Positions 9,059 through 19,693 of a stretch of 58,494 bases of DNA are shown here, piece by piece (positions within the stretch are counted from its first letter, which is position 1; each line of letters starts with the position of its first letter). Source of the DNA: Chromatiales bacterium. GTDB taxonomy: Bacteria > Pseudomonadota > Gammaproteobacteria > Steroidobacterales > BM003. Position numbers and translations under genes: made by a program. The stretch lies in assembly GCA_002868855.1 (NCBI GenBank), contig PKUM01000212.1:1-58494 (forward strand), read 5' to 3'. Below the pieces are notes generated by a model. It worked only from the letters and a program-made list of their open reading frames with translations. It was not told the DNA's origin and did not search any database.

Positions 9059-10897
9059 TCAGGATTCCGGATGCAGAGTTTCGTAAATCAAACTGGCCAG
9101 CTTGCGGCTGATACCTCGCACTTCGACCAGATCGTCTATGCCGGCCTGCTTTACGCCTTGCAGGCCGCCAAATTGTTTCAGCAATTCCTTGCGTTTTTTC
9201 GGTCCCAGGCCCGCGATCGACTCGAGAACCGAGCTGTTGCGACTGCGGGCGCGTTGCATCCGGTGCCCGCCGATAGCGAACCGGTGCGCCTCATCACGGA
9301 TACGTTGGATCAAATGCAGAGCCCGCGAGTCTGAAGGCAGTATAGAGGGGCGCCTCTGGCCCCTCAAGAACAACTGCTCGGCCCCTGGGCGCCGCGACGG
9401 TCCCTTGGCCACCGCGACCAGCTCGACGTTATCTATCTGCAGCTCTTCAAGCACTGCCACGGCCTCGCCAAGCTGACCTTTGCCACCGTCCACCAGCAAT
9501 ACGTCCGGCATAACCGCCTCGCCCTTTTTTAGCCGGGTGTAGCGGCGGGTCAGCGCCTGTCGCATAGCGCCGTAATCGTCCCCCGGCGCAAGGCCTTTGA
9601 TGTTGAACCGCCGGTATTCATTCTTGAGCGGACCCGCCGTGCCGAAAACCACACACGACGCCACCGTCGCTTCACCATGGCTGTGGCTGACGTCGAAGCA
9701 CTCGAGCCTTTCGGGCCGCTGCTCGAGCCCGAGCGCCTCCTTCAGCTCTTCGAGCTGGTCCGCGACGCTGGAGCGTTCGTTGCGCCGGGTCTCGATACCG
9801 TATGCGGCATTGGTCCGCGCCAGTTCGAGCCAGTGCGCCCGGTCTCCTCTCACCCGTTGCCGAATTCTCAGCCTGCGCCCGGCCCGCTCGCCGAGCAATT
9901 TCTCCAGCAACTCCACGTCGTCCACCGGATCGCTGGTAATGATCTCGGCCGGCAGGTCGCGACGAATATAGAACTGACTGATAAACGCCGCGAGCACCTC
10001 TCCCGTTCCGGCACCGGGAGCGGCCGTGGGAAAGTACGAGCGCGAACCGAGACTGCGCCCGCCGCGTACGAACATCACCGCAACACAATACAGACCGGCT
10101 CCGATCGATATTGCGAGCACATCTGTGTCGCCGCCCGACCCCGCTACGTACTGGCGCTGATCTACGCGCTTTAACGCAGCGATCTGGTCTCGATAACGCG
10201 CAGCCGCTTCGAACTCTAGCTGCTCCGAAGCGGCCTCCATCCTCATGCCAAGCCGATCGATAATTTGCTTGTTCTTTCCCTCCAGAAATTTCACCGCATC
10301 GTCAATATCCGCGGCATAGTCCTCTTTCCCGATCAGTCCGACGCATGGCGCCGAACAGCGCTCGATCTGGTACTGTAGACACGGCCGGCTGCGATTGGCA
10401 AAGAAACTGTCCTCGCAAGGGCGGATGCGAAAAAGCTTCTGCAACAAGTTCAATGTCTCGCGCACCGCATGCGCGGACGGGTACGGACCGAAGAATCGCC
10501 CGGGTTTGCGGGTCGAACCTCGATAAAAGCTCAATCTCGGAAAATCGTGATCGCCACCAATGTGCAGGTACGGAAAACTCTTGTCGTCGCGCAAGAGAAT
10601 ATTGAATCGCGGCTTCAGCTGTTTTATCTGGTTGTATTCGAGCAGCAGCGCTTCAGCCTCTGAACTGGTAATCGTCACCTCGACCCGCGCCACCTGTTTC
10701 ATCATCGCCGCGGTTTTGGCGGAGCCGGGGCGTTCGCGAAAATAGCTCGAGACACGCTTTTTCAGATTGCTCGCCTTGCCCACATAAATGACTTCTGATT
10801 CGGCGTTGAGCATGCGGTAGACGCCCGGGCGCGCTGTCAGGTTGCGAAGGAATTCCCGGGCATCGAACACGTTGCTGGTTTCGTCAGGCGCAGACAT
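9059..10897 (-). CDS. uvrC: excinuclease ABC subunit C
   Basis: 612-aa ORF with an N-terminal GIY-YIG domain (PGVYRM...VIYVGKA), a UVR domain (FEAAARYRDQIAAL), an endonuclease V-like domain and a C-terminal HhH2. Confidence 0.95.
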   Translation of the reverse strand: MSAPDETSNVFDAREFLRNLTARPGVYRMLNAESEVIYVGKASNLKKRVSSYFRERPGSAKTAAMMKQVARVEVTITSSEAEALLLEYNQIKQLKPRFNILLRDDKSFPYLHIGGDHDFPRLSFYRGSTRKPGRFFGPYPSAHAVRETLNLLQKLFRIRPCEDSFFANRSRPCLQYQIERCSAPCVGLIGKEDYAADIDDAVKFLEGKNKQIIDRLGMRMEAASEQLEFEAAARYRDQIAALKRVDQRQYVAGSGGDTDVLAISIGAGLYCVAVMFVRGGRSLGSRSYFPTAAPGAGTGEVLAAFISQFYIRRDLPAEIITSDPVDDVELLEKLLGERAGRRLRIRQRVRGDRAHWLELARTNAAYGIETRRNERSSVADQLEELKEALGLEQRPERLECFDVSHSHGEATVASCVVFGTAGPLKNEYRRFNIKGLAPGDDYGAMRQALTRRYTRLKKGEAVMPDVLLVDGGKGQLGEAVAVLEELQIDNVELVAVAKGPSRRPGAEQLFLRGQRRPSILPSDSRALHLIQRIRDEAHRFAIGGHRMQRARSRNSSVLESIAGLGPKKRKELLKQFGGLQGVKQAGIDDLVEVRGISRKLASLIYETLHPES

Positions 10898-10912
10898 TAC
10901 CGCCGCACTCCG

Positions 10913-11560
10913 TTAACGACGGCTATCGAGCAGCTCCCGCGCCCGCTCGAAGACCGCCTGGAACATTGCATCGGTCAGCCGCCTGGTCTGGGTGTTGTAA
11001 CGGCTGCAGTGGTATGAATCGAGCATCGTCCGGGTGCCCGGCAAACAGTGTTCGCGGGCATGGCCAAAACCGAAGTCCTTTTGCCTGAGGCCCTGCGCTC
11101 TGACAACCGCACGGTGCGCTATGCCGCCCAATGCAACAATTACCGCACCCTCACCAAGCGATTCGAGTTCCCGTGCAAGGAAATCGTTACAGGCATTGAT
11201 CTCAGCACCGACCGGCTTATTCTGAGGAGGCAGGCACTTCACCGCGTTGGTGATGCGGCAATCGATGAGTTCGAGGCCGTCACCTGCATGACGGGACTCT
11301 GCCGCGGAGGCGAAACCGCAGTCATACAGGGTCTGGTACAGCAACACACCGGCGAAGTCGCCGGTAAAAGGTCGCCCGGTCGCGTTGGCGCCGTGCATAC
11401 CCGGCGCCAGCCCAACGACGAGCAAACGCGCATCGGCGGCACCGAACGGCGCCACCGGCCGCGCGTGATAGTCCGGATAGCGTTCGCCGACCTCATCCAG
11501 GAATCCCGCGAGGCGTTCGCAGCGCCGGCAGTTGATGTCGAAAAAAGGCCAGTCAGCCAT
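10913..11560 (-). CDS. uracil-DNA glycosylase superfamily protein (family 4/5-like)
   Basis: 215-aa ORF. Motif A GLAPGMHGANATGRPFTGD resembles the family-5 (UdgB) type. A late HCSRYN motif is also present. Confidence 0.75.
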   Translation of the reverse strand: MADWPFFDINCRRCERLAGFLDEVGERYPDYHARPVAPFGAADARLLVVGLAPGMHGANATGRPFTGDFAGVLLYQTLYDCGFASAAESRHAGDGLELIDCRITNAVKCLPPQNKPVGAEINACNDFLARELESLGEGAVIVALGGIAHRAVVRAQGLRQKDFGFGHAREHCLPGTRTMLDSYHCSRYNTQTRRLTDAMFQAVFERARELLDSRR

Positions 11561-11598
11561 GTCGATGCGGGTGCGCGCCGGGCAACGTGGCGGCGCGA

Positions 11599-12933
11599 TC
11601 AGTCATCCATGTGGCGAATCAGCGCGTCACCGAATCCCGAACACGTCATCAGGGTCGCGCCCGGAATCAATCGCTGCAGGTCCTTTTCGACGCCCCGCTG
11701 TCCGGGCGGATGGACGCCGGGCTTCTTTATCGCCTCCTGCAGACGCGCCAGATCGTAGGTCAACTCTTTCGCATCGATGGTATTCGAGATGCCCTTTACG
11801 ATCAGATCGGCCGCCTCGGTCCAACCGATATAACGCAGCAGCATCTCGCCCGATAGAATCAACGAACCCGGGTTGACTCTGTTCTTCCCGGCGAATCCCG
11901 GCGCTGTCCCGTGGGTCGCCTCGAATACTGCAAGCCCGTCACCGATGTTTGCACCCGGAGCGATGCCGATTCCGCCGACCTGGGCGGCAAGCGCATCCGA
12001 AATGTAGTCGCCGTTAAGGTTAAGGGTCGCAATGACATCGAAATCCTGCGGGTTTAACAGGATCTGCTGCAGAAAATTGTCGGCTATGATGTCCTTGACG
12101 ACTATCTCGCGTCCGCTGCCCGGGTTGCGAAAGCTCATCCAGGGACCGCCGTCAACTTCGCTGGCGCCAAACTCCTCGCGCGCAACTTCGTAACCCCAGT
12201 TGCGGAAAGCGCCCTCGGTGTATTTCATGATGTTGCCCTTGTGGACGATACTCACCGATTCGCGATCGTTGTCCACCGCGTACTGCAGGGCTTTACGTAT
12301 AAGGCGTTCCGATCCCTCGCGCGAGACCGGCTTGATACCGATACCCGAGCTCGACGGGTAGCGTAACTTGTGCACACCAAGCTCGGTCTGCATGAAGTGA
12401 ATGAGTTTTTTCACCTGCTCCGAGCCAGCCGGCCATTCGATACCTGCATAAATATCCTCGGTGTTCTCGCGAAACACGACCATGTCCACCGAATCGGAAT
12501 CTTTCATCGGCGTCGACACGCCAGTGAAATATCGAATCGGACGCACACAGGCATAGAGGTCGAGGGTCTGGCGGATCGATACATTGAGAGAGCGGATACC
12601 GCCGCCAATAGGCGTCGTCAACGGCCCCTTTATCGAGACGACAAACTTGCGCAGTGCATGCAATGTCTCTTCCGGCAGCCACTGGTTTTCACCGTAAATT
12701 TCGGTCGACTTCTCGCCGGCGTAGATTTGCATCCACGCGATTCGGCGTTTGTCGCCATACGCTTTTTCAACTGCGGCCTCCACCACTTTCAGCATGACCG
12801 GACTAACATCGATGCCGATTCCGTCGCCCTCTATGAACGGGATGATCGGCGTATCGGGAACGTTGAGACTGGAGTCTTCGTTCAGCGTTATCGCTTCGCC
12901 ATCGGCAGGCTCGCTGATGTGCTCGTATTTCAT
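11599..12933 (-). CDS. icd: NADP-dependent isocitrate dehydrogenase (homodimeric type)
   Basis: 444-aa ORF recognisable along its whole length as the E. coli Icd type ([37 protein letters not shown]). The C-terminal region appears to contain an extra segment. Confidence 0.95.
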   Translation of the reverse strand: MKYEHISEPADGEAITLNEDSSLNVPDTPIIPFIEGDGIGIDVSPVMLKVVEAAVEKAYGDKRRIAWMQIYAGEKSTEIYGENQWLPEETLHALRKFVVSIKGPLTTPIGGGIRSLNVSIRQTLDLYACVRPIRYFTGVSTPMKDSDSVDMVVFRENTEDIYAGIEWPAGSEQVKKLIHFMQTELGVHKLRYPSSSGIGIKPVSREGSERLIRKALQYAVDNDRESVSIVHKGNIMKYTEGAFRNWGYEVAREEFGASEVDGGPWMSFRNPGSGREIVVKDIIADNFLQQILLNPQDFDVIATLNLNGDYISDALAAQVGGIGIAPGANIGDGLAVFEATHGTAPGFAGKNRVNPGSLILSGEMLLRYIGWTEAADLIVKGISNTIDAKELTYDLARLQEAIKKPGVHPPGQRGVEKDLQRLIPGATLMTCSGFGDALIRHMDD

Positions 12934-13016
12934 GGTTGTTCGGTCCCTGGCAATAATGGACGGGCCGGCGGCCCCGCGGGCCGCACATGATACCAGAGCC
13001 GTGGACCCAATCGGCG

Positions 13017-15056
13017 TCAGGCGCCCGCGTGTGCCACCAGCGTCAGGAGGTCATAACTGGCAACGATCGCATCGTCCTGGTTCGTGACCTCGGCATCCCA
13101 CCGCACCTCGCCATATTCCTCTCCCTCACGCGCGGTTTTCTGCTTGCACGTCAGGGCCACCTTGATCCGGTCGCCGGGGTATACGGGCTGGATAAAACGC
13201 AGATTGTCGAGACCGTAATTGGCGAGAACCGGACCGGGATCGGGATCGACGAACAAACCGGCCGCCGCCGAGAGGATGAAATAGCCGTGCGCCACTCGGC
13301 CGTCAAAAAACGGATTGGCGGCGGCCGCCTCCTCATCCATGTGTGCGTAAAAGGTATCGCCGGTGAACTCGGCGAAATGCTCGATATCCGCGAGCGTCAT
13401 CTCGCGTTCGCCGCTGAACAGCGTGGCGCCGAGTTCCAGTTCTTCAAAATTCAACCGGAATGGATGGCGTTCGCTTTCGTTACGGCTGGCATTCGGCATC
13501 CATTTACCGGCGATCGCAGCAAGCGTATCCGGCGAACCCTGCAACGCCGTGCGCTGCATATAGTGAAGCACTCCCCTTATGCCGCCAAGCTCTTCACCGC
13601 CGCCGGCTCGACCAGGGCCGCCGTGCACCAGATGCGGCAGCGGCGATCCGTGACCGGTTGATTCCGCGGCGCAATCGCGGTTAATCAAAACCAGGCGCCC
13701 ATGCCAGGCCGCGGTGCCCAGCGCAAGTTCACGCGCGGTGTCCGTGTCGTTGGTGAATATCGAGCCGGCGAGACTTCCCTGCCCATACTTTGCCAATGCA
13801 ATCGCTTCATCGAGATCGGCATACGTGATCACCGAACTGACCGGACCGAATGCCTCGACCCGGTGTACCGGGTGGTCGCGGCCGGGGCGTTCGCAGTGCA
13901 ACAGCACCGGCGCAAAAAATGCGCCGCGTTCGGAGTCGGCGTCGACGACATCGAAACCTTCGAGCGCGCCGAAGACTATCTCTCCGGCCGCGGCAAGTTC
14001 GTTGACACGTTCGCGTACCTCGTCGCGTTGCGCGAGGCTCGCCAACGCACCCATATCGACCTCCTTGCTTGCAGGATTGCCGGTACGAACCCGGGCAAGC
14101 GCGGACTGCAATGCAGTGACGACATCGGCCGCCAGATGCTGCGGAACGATCGCGCGCCGAATGGCGGTACATTTCTGCCCCGCCTTGCTGGTCATCTCAC
14201 GCACGATTTCCTTTATATAAAGCTCGAACTCAGGGGCATCCGGTGTCGCATCCGGGCCGAGGATCGAGCAGTTCAGTGAGTCCGTTTCCGCGGTGAAACG
14301 TACCGACTCGGATATCACTCGTGGATGGGTGCGAAGCATCGTCGCGGTCGACGCCGAACCGGTGAACGCGACCACGTCCTGGCACCCGAGGTTGTCAAAC
14401 AGGTCTCCGGTCGAGCCGCAGACGAGTTGTATCGCCCCTCTTGGCAGCACCCCGGATTCGATCATGCGATGAAACACGAGTTCGGTCAGGTACGAGGTGC
14501 TGGTTGCCGGCTTGACGATCACCGGCATGCCGGCAAGCAATGCGGGAGCGAGTTTTTCGAGCATGCCCCAGACCGGAAAATTGAAGGCGTTGATGTGAAC
14601 TGCGACGCCCTCGAGCGGAACGCAGACATGCTGACCGATAAAACTCCCGCCGCGTGAAATCATCTCCGGGTTGCCATCGATATAAACCGTATCGTTGGGC
14701 ATTTCGCGCCTGCCCTTGCCGGAGTACACAAACAGCGTCGCAATTCCGCCGTCGATATCGATCCATGAGTCGGCCCGGGTGGCACCGGTGTGGGTGGACA
14801 GCGCGTAAAACTCGTCCTTGAACTCCCCGAGAATCTTGGCGAGCGCTTTCAGCATCAACGCCCGTTGATGAAACGTCATCGCCCGCAGTACGGGCCCGCC
14901 AACCTCACGCCCGAAGTCGAGCATCGCCGCAAAGTCGAGACCGGCCGAACTGGACCGGGCCAGCGGTTCGCCGTCAACCGCACTGTGCAGCAATGCACCG
15001 TCATCACTACCACTGTGCCACTCGCCATAGGCAAAGCTTCTCAATACTTTACTCAT
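13017..15056 (-). CDS. paaZ: bifunctional oxepin-CoA hydrolase / 3-oxo-5,6-dehydrosuberyl-CoA semialdehyde dehydrogenase
   Basis: 679-aa ORF. The N-terminal aldehyde dehydrogenase domain has an N-terminus close to E. coli PaaZ (..GEW.SG....L.....GE.L......GLD....[16 protein letters not shown]). The C-terminal MaoC-like hotdog domain carries [11 protein letters not shown]. Confidence 0.9.
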   Translation of the reverse strand: MSKVLRSFAYGEWHSGSDDGALLHSAVDGEPLARSSSAGLDFAAMLDFGREVGGPVLRAMTFHQRALMLKALAKILGEFKDEFYALSTHTGATRADSWIDIDGGIATLFVYSGKGRREMPNDTVYIDGNPEMISRGGSFIGQHVCVPLEGVAVHINAFNFPVWGMLEKLAPALLAGMPVIVKPATSTSYLTELVFHRMIESGVLPRGAIQLVCGSTGDLFDNLGCQDVVAFTGSASTATMLRTHPRVISESVRFTAETDSLNCSILGPDATPDAPEFELYIKEIVREMTSKAGQKCTAIRRAIVPQHLAADVVTALQSALARVRTGNPASKEVDMGALASLAQRDEVRERVNELAAAGEIVFGALEGFDVVDADSERGAFFAPVLLHCERPGRDHPVHRVEAFGPVSSVITYADLDEAIALAKYGQGSLAGSIFTNDTDTARELALGTAAWHGRLVLINRDCAAESTGHGSPLPHLVHGGPGRAGGGEELGGIRGVLHYMQRTALQGSPDTLAAIAGKWMPNASRNESERHPFRLNFEELELGATLFSGEREMTLADIEHFAEFTGDTFYAHMDEEAAAANPFFDGRVAHGYFILSAAAGLFVDPDPGPVLANYGLDNLRFIQPVYPGDRIKVALTCKQKTAREGEEYGEVRWDAEVTNQDDAIVASYDLLTLVAHAGA

Positions 15057-15096
15057 TTATTTTCCGACAGTTATGCTGTTTTATTTGCGTAATTTA

Positions 15097-16212
15097 TTAG
15101 ACTTTTGACGCTTGGCGATTCGCGACAAACCGTTCCAGCACATCGACCATACGTCGATTTTCGTCCTCAATCCCGATTGTGGCCCGGAGCGCTGCCGGCA
15201 GACCGTAGTTGGCAACTGGACGCAGGATGATCCCGGCGCCACGCAGCGCCTGATCCAGCGCGACCCGCTCTTTCTCGTCCGCACAATGGAATAACAGAAA
15301 ATTGCCGGCACTCGGCGTCACCTTGAATCCCAGCGCCGCAATCCTCTCCTCAAGCCATGGCAGCCAGCGGTCATTGTGGTCGCGCGCTTTGGCAATATGC
15401 GAGGCATCTCCCAACGCCGCAATCGCGGCCAGCTGTGCCGGCGTCGACACATTGAATACACCGCGAACCCGATGCAGCACCATCGCAACCTCGCGCGGAC
15501 AACGGGCCCAACCTACGCGAAGCGCCGCAAGACCATAGATCTTGGAAAAAGTGTGCAGAACGACCGTGTTGCCATCGACAGGCTGCACCAACTCTGCACC
15601 GAAACTGTAGTCGGGCGTGTCGATGTACTCGCAATAGGCCGCGTCCACGACCAGTAGCACATTCTCCGGAAGGCCCTCGCGCAGACGGTGCAATGCGGCG
15701 CGGTCGATCACCGTTCCGGTCGGATTGTTCGGATTGGCGATGAATACGATTCGGGTCTGCGGTGTCACCGCCGCAAGCATCGCGTCGACGTCCGCGGTGT
15801 ATTCGACCTCCGGCACCCGCACCGGTGTGGCACCGCAAGCCAGTGTGGCAACGTGATACATGATGAAGGCATGCTCGGTGAACACCACCTCATCGCCGGG
15901 CCCGGCATAGGCGCGGCACAAACCATCTATAAGTTGCTCGGACCCGGTACCGCATACGACCTGGTCGCTCGCCAGTCCATTCGCCCGGGCGAGCGTCTCG
16001 CGGAGTTCGATTGCTGCCCCGTCCGGGTATCGCTCGAGTTCGGCGCCCGCCTTCATATAGGCGTCGAGCGCGGCAGGACTCGGTCCCAATGGCGACTCGT
16101 TGGACGACAGCTTTGCAGGGTGATCGAAGCCTGGCAGCTTCGCTTCACCGGCGATATAGGGAACGATCTCGAGGACGTGCGGATTAGGCGCGACAATAGG
16201 CATAGAATTCAC
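15097..16212 (-). CDS. HisC-family (class II) PLP aminotransferase, histidinol-phosphate/aromatic type
   Basis: 371-aa ORF with the PLP-lysine motif FSKIYGLAALRVGW and the NPNNPTG motif. Confidence 0.8.
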   Translation of the reverse strand: MNSMPIVAPNPHVLEIVPYIAGEAKLPGFDHPAKLSSNESPLGPSPAALDAYMKAGAELERYPDGAAIELRETLARANGLASDQVVCGTGSEQLIDGLCRAYAGPGDEVVFTEHAFIMYHVATLACGATPVRVPEVEYTADVDAMLAAVTPQTRIVFIANPNNPTGTVIDRAALHRLREGLPENVLLVVDAAYCEYIDTPDYSFGAELVQPVDGNTVVLHTFSKIYGLAALRVGWARCPREVAMVLHRVRGVFNVSTPAQLAAIAALGDASHIAKARDHNDRWLPWLEERIAALGFKVTPSAGNFLLFHCADEKERVALDQALRGAGIILRPVANYGLPAALRATIGIEDENRRMVDVLERFVANRQASKV

Positions 16213-16245
16213 TTTAAATTGATTTAGTTAGTATCTGTTTTATAG

Positions 16246-17445
16246 CTATTTATAATTCTCAATAGTCTCAACCAGAATGGTGAGAAAGCGGTTGGTCTGA
16301 TACGCATCAAGGACACGATGATCGATTGTCAGGCTGATATAGCACATTGGCCGAACCTGGATGACGTCTTCGCCGTCTAATTCGCGGACGACGACCCGCT
16401 TGGTGATTTTGCCAACGCCGAGAATTGCGCTTTGTGGCTGGTTAATAATGACGGGCGTTGCGATCAGGCTGCCACTTACCCCGTGATTGGAAATGGTAAA
16501 TGTGCCGCCGCGAACATCTCCCGGCGCCAGCGCATTGTCGCGGGCCTTGCGTGTCAGCAGATCGAGGCCCGCGGAGATGTCAAACAAATTCAGGTCCTGA
16601 ACCCGGCGCAGGACCGGCACGATAAGACCCTTGTCATCGAGCGCGGTACCGATGCCTATGTTGATGTCATCGAATAGCTCGAGCGCATCATCGTGCCAGC
16701 TACTATTGACCTCCGGCACCGCGGCAAGCGCCCGGGCAGCGGCTTCAAGCAGATAGGCGGTCACGGTCAGTGATGCGCCTCGGGCAGCGAAGTCGGCCTT
16801 GTGCGCACGACGATGGTTCATTACCGCACTCATGTCTGCCTCGAACACGGCTGTCACGTGCGGCGCGGTTTGCATCAGGCTTTCGACCATATGCCGCGCG
16901 ATCGACAGCCGCATGTTGTCATGCGGAACACGTCGGCTCTCACCCGCGCCCGCGGCGCGCCCGACGGCGGCGCTCTTCGCCGTCTTGCGAGATGCAAGAT
17001 GGCGTTCGATGTCGCGCGCGGTCACCCGTCCATCGCGCCCCGTTCCATCGATATCAGAACAATTGAGCTGATGCTCCTTGAGCATTCGGCGCACCGCCGG
17101 GCTCAGCCTCGGCCGCTGTTCCGGAGTCGCGGCAGCATCAGCGCCGGCTGCGGCCGCGGCGCTGGTGTCCGCGCTCTCCGGACATTCCCCTACCGATGCT
17201 TCGGTCCGAATTCGGGCCACAACGTCATCGGGCAACACTTCCTGACCGGCTTCTTTCAGCAACTCGACCAGCACACCGTCGGCGGGAGCAGCGAGTTCCA
17301 CCACGACCTTGTCTGTTTCAAGTTCGGCGATAGGCTCGTGTGCGCGGACCGGGTCATCTGCCTGCTTTAGCCACCGAGACAGAACAGACTGGGTGCCCTC
17401 CAGACTCTCGGCGTCGAGTCGCACATCGATCAAACCGGTCATCAA
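16246..17445 (-). CDS. 2-oxoacid dehydrogenase E2 (dihydrolipoyl acyltransferase)
   Basis: 399-aa ORF. It has a single lipoyl domain (ELETDKVVVEL), a peripheral-subunit-binding domain (SPAVRRMLKEH....IDGTGRDGRVT..DI) and a catalytic DHRVLDA motif. Its start abuts the E1 stop with no gap. Confidence 0.85.
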   Translation of the reverse strand: MMTGLIDVRLDAESLEGTQSVLSRWLKQADDPVRAHEPIAELETDKVVVELAAPADGVLVELLKEAGQEVLPDDVVARIRTEASVGECPESADTSAAAAAGADAAATPEQRPRLSPAVRRMLKEHQLNCSDIDGTGRDGRVTARDIERHLASRKTAKSAAVGRAAGAGESRRVPHDNMRLSIARHMVESLMQTAPHVTAVFEADMSAVMNHRRAHKADFAARGASLTVTAYLLEAAARALAAVPEVNSSWHDDALELFDDINIGIGTALDDKGLIVPVLRRVQDLNLFDISAGLDLLTRKARDNALAPGDVRGGTFTISNHGVSGSLIATPVIINQPQSAILGVGKITKRVVVRELDGEDVIQVRPMCYISLTIDHRVLDAYQTNRFLTILVETIENYK

Positions 17446-19557
17446 TCAGACCTGACACAACGCGCCGATGGCCGCGGCGATATCTTCCTCGCCCGGGACC
17501 ACCGCATCGAGCAGCACCGGACTGTGCGGACTCGGCACGTCGGCTACCGCAAGCCTGCGAACAGGCGCATCGAGATCGAAAAAGCACTCGTCCGCTACTC
17601 GCGCGGCTATCTCGGCGCCAAACCCGGCCGTGAGCGTATCTTCGTGAACGATCAGGCAACGCCGGGTGCGGCGGACCGACTCGAGCACGGCCTCGTCATC
17701 CCATGGGCTAAGTGTACGCAGATCGATCAATTCTGCGTCCGCCTTCACCCGCTGCAGCGCCGCCTCGCAACGTGGCACCATCGCGCCCCAGGTAATAACC
17801 GAAATCTCGCTACCCTGACGCAACGTGGCCGCCTTGCCGAACGGCACAACGTAGTTGTCGCCCGGGTACGATCGCCGTGCCCACGCAAGATCGAGCAGGT
17901 TGCGATGCTCGAAAAAAATGGTCGGATTGTTGTCGCGTAATGCAAATCGCAACAGGCCAACCGCGTCTTCGGCATTAGAAGGCATTGCCACCTGCCATCC
18001 CGTTGCATGAACCCATTTCACCTCGTTGCACTGACTGTGCCACGGGTCGCCGCATTTAAAGAATCCTCCGGCCACACGCACAACCATCGGCGCCGCAAAA
18101 CGGTTGGCGGTTCGCCAGCGCATCGTGCCGCAATCGTTGAGTTGCTCCTCGGCCGGGTCGGCATATTTGCGAAACTGCAACTCCGGAACCGGCAACAAAC
18201 CCGCCGCGGCCATGCCGAGCGAACGCCCAATGATGCCCTCCTCGGAAAGACTGGTATCGAAGACCCGGTCGGAGCCATGTTTCTCAGCGAGCCCGAGCGT
18301 GACCGCATGAACACCACCTTTCGCGGCGACGTCTTCGCCAAACACCATCATCCGCGCGTTAAGCGCCAACTCGGCATCCAGCGTCCGCCGCACCGCGGTA
18401 ACCAGGTTGATTCGGCCCGGCTCTGTGGCGGCTTCCGTCGTGGCAGGCCCGAAGTCATGGCCCGAAGGTCCAAGTCCGCCTTGTTGCTGCATGACGATAT
18501 CGCCGTGCTCGTCTCGCTCGCTGAACACGAACCGCGTTATCCCGGCCGGGTCCGGCAACGGCCGAGCGAGTGCCGACTCCAGCGCGCCCTCGACATCGGC
18601 GTTCGCGCGATTTTCAAGGTCGCGCCACTCAGTAGCCGTCAAGCTGTTGGGCACAAGGAAACGCCGCAGTTTCGGCAGCGGGTCACGCGCCCGCTCCGCC
18701 GCGATCTGTTCTTCGCTTTTGTATGCCTGAGTATCCTGCCCCGAATGGCCACACAGACGCGGCACCGTCAGGCGCACCAGTGCCGGCCCGCCGCCCGCGC
18801 GAATCTGGCCAATCGCACTGGCGATGGCGTTGGCCGCATCGCGAGCCTCGGTACCGTCGCCATCGAAGATCGCCAACCCCGAAAAAGATTCGAGGTTCGC
18901 GGCAATGTTTCGCCCAGGGGTTTGCATGTCGGAGGTTACCGAGATGCCATAGCCGTTGTCCTCGATAAAAAACAACATTGGCAACTGCAGCGTCGTTGCG
19001 ATCGTGAGCGCCGACCAGAATCCGTTCGTGGCCACCGACGCATCGCCGCCAAGCGCAACCGCCAGCGCGCCGCGCCACGACTCGTCCTGCAACGTGTCGC
19101 GATGATAAAGAATGGACTGGGCCCAGCCGGCCACCGGGGTATATTGCGCGCCAACGCCGCCACTCATCGGCAGAACCGTTGCCGCTTCATGACCCGGCAT
19201 GTTGTAGACGACACCGATATCCCGTCCATCGCTGAACGAACCCGAGCGCATCATTGGCCCGGCTATCGCATCTTCCAGAGCCAGCCCCAGCGACAACATG
19301 AACGGACGGGATCGATAGTAGCCGCTGGCCGCGTCATGTCGATGATCGAGGAGTTGCCCGAGCAGGACCTGGCCCAGTTCGTGACCGCGCGCCGAGAACT
19401 GATACAGAATTTTTTTCTCTTTCAGCAGCCGCTCTTCTTCGAGCTTGTCTACCGCGCGGGACAGAAGGCACTTGTACGCGACCTGGCGCCAGTCGATCGC
19501 CGCCGCCGCCGCGTTGTCAAAAGTCTGTAGTCGACCAAAATCGCTGGCGGTGGCCAT
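17446..19557 (-). CDS. 2-oxoacid dehydrogenase E1 with fused alpha and beta subunits (TPP-dependent)
   Basis: 703-aa ORF. The N-terminal half has the TPP motif GDAS...IEDNGYGIS. The C-terminal half is E1-beta/transketolase-like (FGEDVA..GGV...T.GL..KHG..RVFDT.LSEEGIIG). Confidence 0.85.
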   Translation of the reverse strand: MATASDFGRLQTFDNAAAAAIDWRQVAYKCLLSRAVDKLEEERLLKEKKILYQFSARGHELGQVLLGQLLDHRHDAASGYYRSRPFMLSLGLALEDAIAGPMMRSGSFSDGRDIGVVYNMPGHEAATVLPMSGGVGAQYTPVAGWAQSILYHRDTLQDESWRGALAVALGGDASVATNGFWSALTIATTLQLPMLFFIEDNGYGISVTSDMQTPGRNIAANLESFSGLAIFDGDGTEARDAANAIASAIGQIRAGGGPALVRLTVPRLCGHSGQDTQAYKSEEQIAAERARDPLPKLRRFLVPNSLTATEWRDLENRANADVEGALESALARPLPDPAGITRFVFSERDEHGDIVMQQQGGLGPSGHDFGPATTEAATEPGRINLVTAVRRTLDAELALNARMMVFGEDVAAKGGVHAVTLGLAEKHGSDRVFDTSLSEEGIIGRSLGMAAAGLLPVPELQFRKYADPAEEQLNDCGTMRWRTANRFAAPMVVRVAGGFFKCGDPWHSQCNEVKWVHATGWQVAMPSNAEDAVGLLRFALRDNNPTIFFEHRNLLDLAWARRSYPGDNYVVPFGKAATLRQGSEISVITWGAMVPRCEAALQRVKADAELIDLRTLSPWDDEAVLESVRRTRRCLIVHEDTLTAGFGAEIAARVADECFFDLDAPVRRLAVADVPSPHSPVLLDAVVPGEEDIAAAIGALCQV

Positions 19558-19693
19558 GCTGTGCTCCCCGGTATTTTGTGATCAGTAAATCCTATACCGG
19601 TTCAGTGGGTACATTGTGCCTTTCTTCACATCTTCGGGACTATTTATGGCAATATAATTGCTCAATTAGGAAATTAATCGGTATTTTATTTCT
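19558..19693. promoter_or_regulatory. divergent AT-rich control region between E1 and the Lrp-family gene
   Basis: 136-bp AT-rich spacer between divergent start codons. This geometry is typical of Lrp/BkdR-type regulators and their target operons. No individual site was assigned. Confidence 0.4.

Noticed and set aside
18007-19530. 507-aa ORF on the + strand, antisense to the E1 gene.
   Set aside because: Its composition is Arg/Pro/His-rich with no motifs. It lies entirely inside a well-supported minus-strand gene. This is a typical shadow ORF of GC-rich DNA.
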